From: an uncultured Ardenticatenaceae bacterium
GTDB taxonomy: Bacteria; Chloroflexota; Anaerolineae; Promineifilales; Promineifilaceae
Length of the DNA: 64,000 nucleotides
Assembly: GCA_964579295.1 (NCBI GenBank)
Contig: CAZOGK010000008.1
Location: 4,974 to 68,973 of the forward strand
Direction of reading: 5' to 3'
How positions within the stretch are numbered: position 1 is the first letter of the stretch; the number at the start of each line of letters is the position of its first letter. The translations under genes and the position numbers were made by a program. Positions 8,676 through 16,090 of this stretch are shown piece by piece. The notes under the pieces were generated by a model. That model saw only the letters and a program-made list of their open reading frames with translations. It was not told where the DNA came from and made no database searches.

Positions 8676-9446
8676 ATGGAAGAAGAAACGGAACGGAGAC
8701 TGTTAGCGCTTAATCGCAGCTTTTACGAGAGGCTGGCGCTGCCGTTCGCGCGCACGCGGGCGCAGCCGCAACCCGGCTTTGGCCGCCTGCTCACGTATCT
8801 ACCGCCACGCTGCGCCGCTGTCCTTGACGTCGGCTGTGGGGAAGGGCGCTTCGGGCGCTTTCTGGCCACAAATGGCTTCTCCGGCAGCTATCTAGGCCTG
8901 GATTTCAGCGAAGCGCTGCTGGTGCGCGCCGCCGCCGCGCTGCCGGACACACTCTGCAGCGCCTTCCTGGTGCGCGACCTCGCCGCCCCCCACGCGCTCG
9001 ACGGGCTGGAAAGCTTTGACCTCGTCGTCTGTCTCGCCGTGCTGCAGCATATTCCGGGGCGGGCGAACCGCGCGCGCCTGCTGCACGATATGGCACTCCG
9101 CGTGGCGCCAGGCGGGCGGCTCTTTCTCTCCACCTGGCAGTTCCTGGATAGCGAGCGGCAGCGGCGCAAGCTGATTCCCTGGCAGGACGCCGACCTGGAC
9201 CCAGCGGCGGTTGAGCCGGGTGATTACCTGTTGAGCTGGCAGAGCGGGGGCTCCGGCTATCGCTACGTGGCTCATATCGACGCCGCCGAGACAGAACGGC
9301 TCGCCGGCCCCGCCGGGCTGGACGTGGTCGCCCAGTTCCGCAGCGACGGCCGCGAGGGCGACCTCAATCTCTATACGGTGCTGAAGCGGCAGCGGCCGGG
9401 CGACGAAGCAGCGCTATTTGGGTCAGACAGACCGCTGGCGGCCTGA
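8676..9446 (+). CDS. Class I SAM-dependent methyltransferase
   Basis: Motif I VLDVGCGEGRF, followed by a DLVVCLAVLQHI block. Start is ATG 8676 or TTG 8667. Confidence 0.75.
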   Translation: MEEETERRLLALNRSFYERLALPFARTRAQPQPGFGRLLTYLPPRCAAVLDVGCGEGRFGRFLATNGFSGSYLGLDFSEALLVRAAAALPDTLCSAFLVRDLAAPHALDGLESFDLVVCLAVLQHIPGRANRARLLHDMALRVAPGGRLFLSTWQFLDSERQRRKLIPWQDADLDPAAVEPGDYLLSWQSGGSGYRYVAHIDAAETERLAGPAGLDVVAQFRSDGREGDLNLYTVLKRQRPGDEAALFGSDRPLAA

Positions 9447-9453
9447 GCAGGCG

Positions 9454-10167
9454 TTAGCGGCAGCCCGCCACTTCCGTCGCTCGTTCATAATGCACTTCCA
9501 TGCCCAGGTACGGGGATGGGTCCAAGGTGTTGGCGAACTCCAGCTCGTTACGATAGCCGCCGGAGCCATTGTCCTGGACGATGGAGAAGTGCAGGTGCGT
9601 CCATACGCTGCGGGCACTGCCGCCGTTGTAATCGCCCGTGTAGCCCAGCAGCGTGCCCTGCTCCACGAACTGCTCCCGCGCTCCCGGCGGGAAGGCAGCG
9701 ACGATAAAGCTGTCGCCGTCACGCGATGCCATGTGTGTATAGTAGAGCCATAGCGGCCGGCCTGGCTGCAGCGGGTCGTCCGGCACGCGCTGGATGAGGC
9801 TGCTGACCCACGACGCCTCGCGGGTGACGTAGCCGTCATAGGCGGCATAGACCGGGGTCACCCCCGGCTCGCCGGCGCTGAAGATGTCGATGCCCTGGTG
9901 CGGCCGGCTGGCCGAGTAGGGGCCGCGCGGGTCGGCGTAGAGCAGGCCGATGAAGCCATCGGCCGGCAGGATAAACGGCGCGCCCGGGCACGCATCGCGC
10001 TGCACCGTGACCAGCGCGGCGCGCGTCGCTTCGCCGCCGCGCCACCAGGCGACGAAACGGCGACCGGCCGGGTCGCGCAGCTCTAGCAGCAACCCGGCGG
10101 CGCGGATGCCAGCATAGAGGAGGGCAAGGGCCAGCAGGCCGGCGAGGAGACGTCGGCGCGTCAGCAT
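9454..10167 (-). CDS. M23 family metallopeptidase with N-terminal membrane anchor
   Basis: N-terminal TM segment LLAGLLALALLYAGI. M23 motifs HQGIDIF and HLHFSI. Confidence 0.8.
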   Translation of the reverse strand: MLTRRRLLAGLLALALLYAGIRAAGLLLELRDPAGRRFVAWWRGGEATRAALVTVQRDACPGAPFILPADGFIGLLYADPRGPYSASRPHQGIDIFSAGEPGVTPVYAAYDGYVTREASWVSSLIQRVPDDPLQPGRPLWLYYTHMASRDGDSFIVAAFPPGAREQFVEQGTLLGYTGDYNGGSARSVWTHLHFSIVQDNGSGGYRNELEFANTLDPSPYLGMEVHYERATEVAGCR

Positions 10168-10299
10168 AAGGCCGGAAGTGTAGCACGTCCCCGGCCGGCA
10201 GACATGCGGCCGATAGGCTGTGAGACCTGTCAGCTATCCCAAAACCTGCACTGGTCTTGCTAACGGTGTTCTGGCGTCGCCGGCGGCGTTCCTGCTAAA

Positions 10300-10593
10300 A
10301 TGGTCCCTATGGACCTCACGATTCTCGGACCGGCAGTACTGGGGGTGGCGCTGGGTTACATTCTCATGATGATGTTTGTAGACCCGGACTACGATGGCTA
10401 CTATGGCTTTTCCGACCGCTTTGAACCCTCCTGGAAAGGGGTGCTTATGTTTGTCGCGGTCGCCCTCAGCGCCGGCCTGATCGCCCAGTTCCCCGAATCA
10501 CTGCGGCCATTTTCCGGCTATGCGCTGGGGGTCGGCATTGGCGTCTTTGCGCGGGAGCTGGTCCGCGTCGTCGCCATGCGCTTCTTTGACTGA
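10300..10593 (+). CDS. Small membrane protein, unknown function
   Basis: 97-aa ORF with three hydrophobic segments and good GC3. No recognisable motif. Confidence 0.4.
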   Translation: MVPMDLTILGPAVLGVALGYILMMMFVDPDYDGYYGFSDRFEPSWKGVLMFVAVALSAGLIAQFPESLRPFSGYALGVGIGVFARELVRVVAMRFFD

Positions 10594-10602
10594 CCGTTCG
10601 CG

Positions 10603-10638
10603 CACCAGGGGCTGCCAGGCGCCTGGCAGCCCCTGGTG
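10603..10638. terminator. 36-nt perfect palindrome between convergent genes
   Basis: CACCAGGGGCTGCCAGGC|GCCTGGCAGCCCCTGGTG equals its own reverse complement. No U-tract on either side. Confidence 0.4.
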
Positions 10639-10644
10639 TGTCGC

Positions 10645-11607
10645 CTAACTTTGTGGTTCCAGCTCGAGGGCAAAGTCCATCCACGCTGGCTTGGGCTTAT
10701 AGCCAAGCTGCAGGTTGAGCTGGAACATCGGGTTGTTCTCCTCATTTCCCGTCTCAATCGCCTTAGCGCCGTAGGCCTGGGCGAAACGGACGCCGTGCAC
10801 CTTTAGCGCCGTGGCGATACCGCGCCGCCGGTAGCTGCGCTTCACGCCAGTCAGACCCGTGTTCAGCCGCTCAGGATTAGCCAGGTTGCGCCATAAGTTG
10901 CTCATGCCAACGTAGTCGTCGCCGTCGAGCGCGACGTAGTAGGCTTCCGGCAAGAACTCTGGATTCTGCAGGACCGTCCGCTCATAATGGTCCAGGGCGA
11001 TCGGCGTGAGCGGATCGGGCGAGGGAACATCTTCGGTGAGCGTCGATTCCAGGTCATACGCCTTCTGCTTCCAATCCTCATCCTCGTCCTGCAGGGTCGC
11101 CAGTGTTTTGATGGTGATGCCATTCTCCAGCACCGCGCTCACCGTTGGCTCAAACCGCTTGAAGTCGAAGGCGGCGACCTCCAGCTCGCTGATCGGGTAG
11201 CGCATCAGGGGCTGGAAGCCGTGCTTCTCCAGAAAGCGCACCCCCTCCACCTGGTCCTCGCGCGTCTCGGCGACGATCTTCGCCGGGCGGAGCGGCTGCA
11301 CCGTCTCGCAGAGCTGCTCGTAGAGGGCGCTGCCGATGCCGCGGCGGCGGTAGTCGGGATGGACGGAGACGATGAACAGGTACTTACCTTCCTGGAATGA
11401 CCATTCCGGCTGGCGTATCGTGGCCCAGGCTACCATGCGCCCGCTCTCTCTGGCAACGAAACGCCGGAAAAAGTAGTCCAGATTGCGATTTTCGTCCCCA
11501 TAGCGAATCTGGCCGACGGTATTCTTATCGTCGGGCCAAATCGCATTATAGACTTCCACCAGCTGCTGGTAGCTATCGTCATCTGGCTCGAAAGGCTCAA
11601 TTTGCAT
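10645..11607 (-). CDS. Double-GNAT N-acetyltransferase (paralogue 1)
   Basis: Two acetyl-CoA motifs, VHPDYRRRGIGSALYEQL and VKRSYRRRGIATALK, and a C-terminal NEENNPMFQLNLQLGY. ATG 11607 (MQIEPFEP) is preferred over the track start at 11685. Confidence 0.8.
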   Translation of the reverse strand: MQIEPFEPDDDSYQQLVEVYNAIWPDDKNTVGQIRYGDENRNLDYFFRRFVARESGRMVAWATIRQPEWSFQEGKYLFIVSVHPDYRRRGIGSALYEQLCETVQPLRPAKIVAETREDQVEGVRFLEKHGFQPLMRYPISELEVAAFDFKRFEPTVSAVLENGITIKTLATLQDEDEDWKQKAYDLESTLTEDVPSPDPLTPIALDHYERTVLQNPEFLPEAYYVALDGDDYVGMSNLWRNLANPERLNTGLTGVKRSYRRRGIATALKVHGVRFAQAYGAKAIETGNEENNPMFQLNLQLGYKPKPAWMDFALELEPQS

Positions 11608-11630
11608 CTTCAGTTCTTTTCCTATTCCTG

Positions 11631-12719
11631 TCACAGTTCGTGTTCCTCGTATTGATTGCGACACGGCGGGCCGTCGCTGATCCACATACGCCGTTGTGCG
11701 AGGTCCATGATGACCGAGGTGACGGTGCGGTATTGCTCGTCAATTGGCGCGGCCGGGTCCTCGTGGCGACAGATGGTGCGCGGCTCCGTGGTGTGGTCGC
11801 GCAGCGCCTCCTGCACATCCGCCAGCGTAACGGGCATGGCGGCGCGCAGCTGCTGCTCCAGCCGTTCGTGCCGGCCGCAGGAGTAGCGGCGAAAGTCCGG
11901 GTCCGGCGGCTCGACCACGCCCAGCGCCTCCGGATCGACAAAGTGGTTGGCGTGGACAATGCATCCCTCCTGCCACTGCAGCACATGGCTGCGCGTTGGC
12001 GCGGCTTCCACGTTGACGGCTGCGCCAGAGGCGGTGGCGATGAGGAAGTTGCCGGAACAGGCGCGTTCGCTGCTGTCCAGCACCGCCTGCGCCGCCGCCA
12101 GCGTCGTCTTTTGCAGGATCTCATAGCAGCGGACGTGAAAGGGCTTGTGCAGCCTGGCCCAGTTGTCGCCGATGGTCGATAGACCGTTAATAGCCAGACC
12201 AAGCCCGGCGTCGTTCAGCCCAATCTTGCCGCCAAAGATGCCGGCTTCGGTGAAAGCCAGCGTCGCCGGCTGGCCGGCAGCCGTCGTGTGCACCACCGCG
12301 CCCTGCACTTCGGGAATCCAGTCCCAGTTCTGCCCCAGCAGCAGGCGACCGCTGGCCGTGGCCTCCGGCGCCAGGGCGAAGGCGGTGCAGCCGTCGCCGT
12401 AAAGCTCCTGGGTGCGTACGACAAAGGCATCGTAAAGCAGCTCGTAGCGCACGTTCAGTGCTACAACCTCCAGCTCCGCGATGCCGGCGCCGGCGGCGAT
12501 GCCGCGCATACCCTCCACATAGGCAGGGTTATGCGCGGCCATCGCCTGCGCATAGAGGGCGGCGCGCCGCAGCACTTCGCCGCGCGCCACGCCGCCCTCT
12601 CGCCAGAAGCGGTCGAAGTAGACGTCACGATTGTGCAGGACACGGTCGCGCAGGGTTACCCCGTGCGCGCGGCCCTGCTCGTAGGGAGTGCCGCTGGCCC
12701 GCAGGAGAGGGAGCGTCAT
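11631..12719 (-). CDS. Peptidase C45 / acyl-CoA:6-aminopenicillanic-acid acyltransferase-like Ntn protein
   Basis: N-terminus LRASGTPYEQGRAHG and a Gly110-Cys111 site in YGDG|CTAFAL, placed like the autoprocessing nucleophile of IAT-type C45 enzymes. ATGA overlap with the upstream GNAT. Confidence 0.7.
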   Translation of the reverse strand: MTLPLLRASGTPYEQGRAHGVTLRDRVLHNRDVYFDRFWREGGVARGEVLRRAALYAQAMAAHNPAYVEGMRGIAAGAGIAELEVVALNVRYELLYDAFVVRTQELYGDGCTAFALAPEATASGRLLLGQNWDWIPEVQGAVVHTTAAGQPATLAFTEAGIFGGKIGLNDAGLGLAINGLSTIGDNWARLHKPFHVRCYEILQKTTLAAAQAVLDSSERACSGNFLIATASGAAVNVEAAPTRSHVLQWQEGCIVHANHFVDPEALGVVEPPDPDFRRYSCGRHERLEQQLRAAMPVTLADVQEALRDHTTEPRTICRHEDPAAPIDEQYRTVTSVIMDLAQRRMWISDGPPCRNQYEEHEL

Positions 12720-13771
12720 ACGCTTTCCTTTCCCTTAAGCTGGTTGCGGTACTCGACCATCGCGGGCAGCGAGCGGAAGCCAAGCTGCAGATTGAGGTCG
12801 AGCATCGGGTTGTTCTCTTCGTTGTCCGTGTCGACTTCGACCGCGCCGAAATCACGCGCATAGGTCAGTGCGCGCACCTTCATCGCCGTCGCTAGGCCGC
12901 GGCGGCGGTGGCTGCGCACCACGCCGGTCAGGCCGGTGCCCAGCTTGTCGCCGCGCGTCGAGTCGCGCCACAGACAGCTCAGTCCCACGTACTGGTCACC
13001 GTCGACGGCGATGAACCAGCCTTCGGCCAGGAAGTTGGGGCTGCTGAAGAGCTTCTTTTCCCACTCGTCAAACGGCATCTGGGTATGCCCATCCACCGAA
13101 GGTACGTCCTGTACGCAGGCCCAGTCGAGGTCGTACACCTTGCGCTTCCACTCCGGGTCGCTCTGGCTCAGGTCGGCCAGGCTCCTGACGACGATGCCGG
13201 CCTGCGCAACGCGAGCCACTTTGTCGGCAAAGGGCGCCGGGTCAAACTCTTGCGGGTTGATACGCGAGACAGGCATACGCAGGGCAGGGCTAAAGTCGCG
13301 CTTCTCCAGGAACTGCACGGCGCGCGTGCGGCTCTCGCGGGTCCAGCTGACAAGCTCTCCCGGTTCGCGCTGCGCCAGGTCGGCCATCAGGTAGCCCCAG
13401 AGAGCGCTGCCGTAGCCTTTGCGTTCCTGCTGCGGATGGACGCCGACCCAGATGAAGTATTTGTCCTCGCGAAACGACCACGACTGGTGGCCGTACTGGC
13501 CGAAGGCGACAACCTCGCCGTCGCGCTCGGCAATGAAGCGGCGCAGCAGGTGGGCGGGATTGCGACCGCTGTCCCAATGGCGCCAGTTCTCAACGGAATC
13601 GGCATGTTCCGGGTCAATGGCGTTGTCCACGCGCACTACCTCTTCGTAATCGGCGACACTGTTGAAGTCAAACGGCCGGACCGAAAGGGTCTTACCGCTG
13701 CGCAGCTTGAGGGAGGCGACGGCCTCTGCCGGTCGCTGCTGGACTGTTGTAGCTGACTGTTGTGAATACAT
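12716..13771 (-). CDS. Double-GNAT N-acetyltransferase (paralogue 2)
   Basis: Motifs VHPQQERKGYGSALWGYL, VVRSHRRRGLATAMK and NEENNPMLDLNLQLGF. About half identical by eye to 13774-14871. Confidence 0.8.
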   Translation of the reverse strand: MYSQQSATTVQQRPAEAVASLKLRSGKTLSVRPFDFNSVADYEEVVRVDNAIDPEHADSVENWRHWDSGRNPAHLLRRFIAERDGEVVAFGQYGHQSWSFREDKYFIWVGVHPQQERKGYGSALWGYLMADLAQREPGELVSWTRESRTRAVQFLEKRDFSPALRMPVSRINPQEFDPAPFADKVARVAQAGIVVRSLADLSQSDPEWKRKVYDLDWACVQDVPSVDGHTQMPFDEWEKKLFSSPNFLAEGWFIAVDGDQYVGLSCLWRDSTRGDKLGTGLTGVVRSHRRRGLATAMKVRALTYARDFGAVEVDTDNEENNPMLDLNLQLGFRSLPAMVEYRNQLKGKESV

Positions 13772-13773
13772 GG

Positions 13774-14871
13774 CTAATTCTCCTGAGCCGGTGAGTTGTC
13801 TGCTGGTAGCTGGCCGTTTGCATGTGCCAGCCTGCCGTCAAGTTGATTGGTCATGATCAGCTCGGCAGGAAGCGGCCGGAAGCCAAGCTGTAGATTAAGC
13901 TGGTACATCGGGTTGTTTTCCTCGTTGCCGGTGTCCACCGTGACGGCGCCGTAGGCGCGCGCAAACGAGAGGGCGTTGGCCTTCATGGCCGTCGCCACGC
14001 CGCGGCGGCGATGGCTGCGCTTGACGCCGGTAAAGCCGGTACCCAGGCGCCGGTCGTCGGTCAGGTCACGCCAGAGGACGCTGAGGCCCACGTACTCGTC
14101 GCCGTCCACGGCGACGAACCAGCCTTCGGGCAGCAGGTTGGGCATCCCCAACGTCTGCTGGTCGTAGACCTCGAACTCCACTTTCGTCACTTCGTCAATC
14201 GACGGGACATCCCTTTCGACTTCGGCCTCCAGCTCGTACATGCGGCGCTTCCAGTCCGGGTCGCGCTGCATCAGCTCGGCCAGGGTAACAACCCGGATTC
14301 CCGCGCGCTCGGCCGCAGCAATCTTCTCGGCAAACGGCGCCGGGTCGAACGTCTGCAAGTCGATGCGCGACATCTGTTCGCGCATGCGCAGCATGAAGCC
14401 CCGCTTCTGCAGGAAGTCGAGCGCCCGCGGGCGGTTCTCCCGCGTAAAGGTCACCAGCTCGGCCGGCTGGCGTTCGTCGAGCTGCTGCCGCAAGTAGTCC
14501 CACAAGGCGCGGCCGTAGCCCTTGCCCTGCTCGTCGGGATGGACGCCAACCCAGATATAGTAACGGTCGGGATGATAGGCCCAGTCGAGGTGGCCGTAGG
14601 AGCCATAGGCGACCATCTCATCATCCTGTTCCACGACGTAGCGACGGAAGAGATACTGAGGGTCGCGGTTCAGGTCCCAGTGCCGCCAGGAGTCGGCCGA
14701 CTCCGGGAAATCGGGGTCAATGGCGTTGTTAATCGCCACGACGCGGCTGTAGTCTGAGCTGGCGCCAAAGTCGAACGGGCGCACGCGCACGGCGGCGCCG
14801 CTGCGCAGGCTGAGTGTCTCGCCCTGAGTCGCCGCGCGGGGCAGGTCGCTACTGGTCTGTTCGCTAATCAT
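13774..14871 (-). CDS. Double-GNAT N-acetyltransferase (paralogue 3)
   Basis: Motifs VHPDEQGKGYGRALWDYL, VKRSHRRRGVATAMK and NEENNPMYQLNLQLGF. It has the same TAGCCATG junction with its upstream gene as paralogue 2. Confidence 0.8.
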   Translation of the reverse strand: MISEQTSSDLPRAATQGETLSLRSGAAVRVRPFDFGASSDYSRVVAINNAIDPDFPESADSWRHWDLNRDPQYLFRRYVVEQDDEMVAYGSYGHLDWAYHPDRYYIWVGVHPDEQGKGYGRALWDYLRQQLDERQPAELVTFTRENRPRALDFLQKRGFMLRMREQMSRIDLQTFDPAPFAEKIAAAERAGIRVVTLAELMQRDPDWKRRMYELEAEVERDVPSIDEVTKVEFEVYDQQTLGMPNLLPEGWFVAVDGDEYVGLSVLWRDLTDDRRLGTGFTGVKRSHRRRGVATAMKANALSFARAYGAVTVDTGNEENNPMYQLNLQLGFRPLPAELIMTNQLDGRLAHANGQLPADNSPAQEN

Positions 14872-14873
14872 GG

Positions 14874-15572
14874 CTACTTTTCCTCATCTTGATGTCGTTC
14901 TTCAGGTCGGGAAGGGCGGACGCCGAGGGCGGCCAGGGCCGCCGGCACGTCCAGGCCGGGCCGATAGTGCACGGCGTGCATACCAATGGCCTGGGCGGCG
15001 CCGACGTTGGCGGCGCTATCGTCGATAAAGACAGCCTCCGCGGGCTGCCGCCCGAGTCGGTCCAGGGTCAAGAGATAGATTTGTTCATCTGGTTTCATGA
15101 CTTTCTCCTCAGCCGAGACCACGATCAGGTCGAAGTCGCCGGCTATCGGGTAGGTCCGCTCGAGGCTCACACGCAGACTGTCATTGAAATTGCTGATGAT
15201 CGCCGTCTGGTATTGGGGTCGAAGCGAGCGAATATACGCTACCAATTCCTCGTCAAGGGCATCGCCGGCCCAGAAGTCGCTGCGAAAAGCGGCAAGCCGC
15301 TCTTCGTCAAGCTCTAGCTGGGCGGCCACGTCCTGCCACAAAGCGGCTTCTGTCATGCGCCCTAGCTGCGCCCGTAGGCCGGCCGTGCTGTGAAAGACGA
15401 GCCATTCTGCCTGGCCCGGCTGCAGCGCCAGCTCACGTTCCCAGCGTTGCCGGCCGCTCCAATCATGGGTACGGACCAGCACGCCGCCGACGTCGAAGAT
15501 GACCGCCCGGATGCCGGACGCAGACTCGCTGTAATTAGCGTGTGACATGATTTGCCTTGTGCCGCCTGTCAT
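14874..15572 (-). CDS. HAD-superfamily hydrolase (subfamily IA-like)
   Basis: Motif I is AVIFDVGGVLV, with Gly in place of the second Asp. Later blocks are ISNF and FIDDSAANV. GGAG lies 7 nt upstream of ATG 15572. ATG 15548 is an alternative start. Confidence 0.7.
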   Translation of the reverse strand: MTGGTRQIMSHANYSESASGIRAVIFDVGGVLVRTHDWSGRQRWERELALQPGQAEWLVFHSTAGLRAQLGRMTEAALWQDVAAQLELDEERLAAFRSDFWAGDALDEELVAYIRSLRPQYQTAIISNFNDSLRVSLERTYPIAGDFDLIVVSAEEKVMKPDEQIYLLTLDRLGRQPAEAVFIDDSAANVGAAQAIGMHAVHYRPGLDVPAALAALGVRPSRPEERHQDEEK

Positions 15573-15640
15573 TCAGGCGCTCCATCTCAACGACTGATGG
15601 CATCATGATGGTCATCTCCTGACTCACGGGGCGCCCAAAC

Positions 15641-15686
15641 AAAAAAGGACGCCGCTCCTGTCTCTCCAGGCGCCGGCGTCCTTTTT
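15641..15686. terminator. Bidirectional intrinsic terminator
   Basis: A6, GGACGCCG stem, 19-nt loop, CGGCGTCC stem, T5. A U-run follows the hairpin on both strands. Confidence 0.7.
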
Positions 15687-15724
15687 CGGGTCGGCTGGCG
15701 CGGGTCGCGCCAGCAAGATGGATC

Positions 15725-15761
15725 AAAAAGGGCCGCAGGCACCTGGTGGTGCGTGCGGCCC
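15725..15761 (-). terminator. Intrinsic terminator just after the 36-codon sORF
   Basis: Minus strand reads GGGCCGCAcGCACC acca GGTGCcTGCGGCCC, a 13-bp stem with one mismatch, followed by TTTTT. Confidence 0.7.
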
Positions 15762-15783
15762 TGACATTCACGGAATCGTTATG

Positions 15784-15894
15784 TCAACAGCGCGCAAGCG
15801 CACCACTCCCAGGCAGGGGGTAATCTCCGCCGGCACGGCTGCCGACGGCGGTGATGAAGTGACGGGTGTGGTCATTCACCTGGTACGCCTCCAT
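15784..15894 (-). CDS. Candidate 36-aa small ORF / leader peptide (MEAYQVNDHTRHFITAVGSRAGGDYPLPGSGALARC)
   Basis: GAGG, 6 nt, then ATG. About three quarters of codons end in G/C, like real genes here. It has its own promoter and terminator. It falls below the 60-aa cutoff of the ORF track. Confidence 0.35.
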   Translation of the reverse strand: MEAYQVNDHTRHFITAVGSRAGGDYPLPGSGALARC

Positions 15895-15939
15895 GCAAAA
15901 CCTCACAATACTGCTGCGCACAATCGCGCTAACCCAGAC

Positions 15940-15969
15940 ACTTTAGCATAGCCGTGGCGCGGCTGTCAA
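15940..15969 (-). promoter_or_regulatory. Near-consensus sigma-70 promoter with extended -10
   Basis: Minus strand reads TTGACA, 18 nt, TAAAGT, with TGc immediately upstream of the -10. Confidence 0.55.
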
Positions 15970-16027
15970 GAGGGCCCTGGAATTTGTGTGACTGTCTGGG
16001 ACTCACAGGGGTAGGAGGTGAAAAGTA

Positions 16028-16079
16028 GAACGTTGAAAGCGGCTTTCTTCCAGCCTCTTACTTCCAGCTTTCAACGTTC
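16028..16079 (-). terminator. 13-bp perfect inverted repeat 12 nt downstream of the stop of gene 16091-17797
   Basis: GAACGTTGAAAGC, 26-nt loop, GCTTTCAACGTTC. On the minus strand it is followed by TACTTTTC. The loop holds a direct repeat GCTGGAAG x2. Confidence 0.45.
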
Positions 16080-16090
16080 AATTCCCCAGC

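Noticed and set aside
15790-15813. GGGAGTGGTGCGC in the sORF transcript resembles a T-box sequence (AGGGUGGNACCGCG).
   Set aside because: No Stem I, K-turn or specifier features were found. The match is imperfect and the downstream genes are not tRNA-related. The pairing is better explained as a generic antiterminator.
15718-15951. 77-aa plus-strand ORF in the 15573-16090 gap.
   Set aside because: It has no RBS and runs through both terminator hairpins, antisense to the better-supported promoter/sORF/terminator unit.
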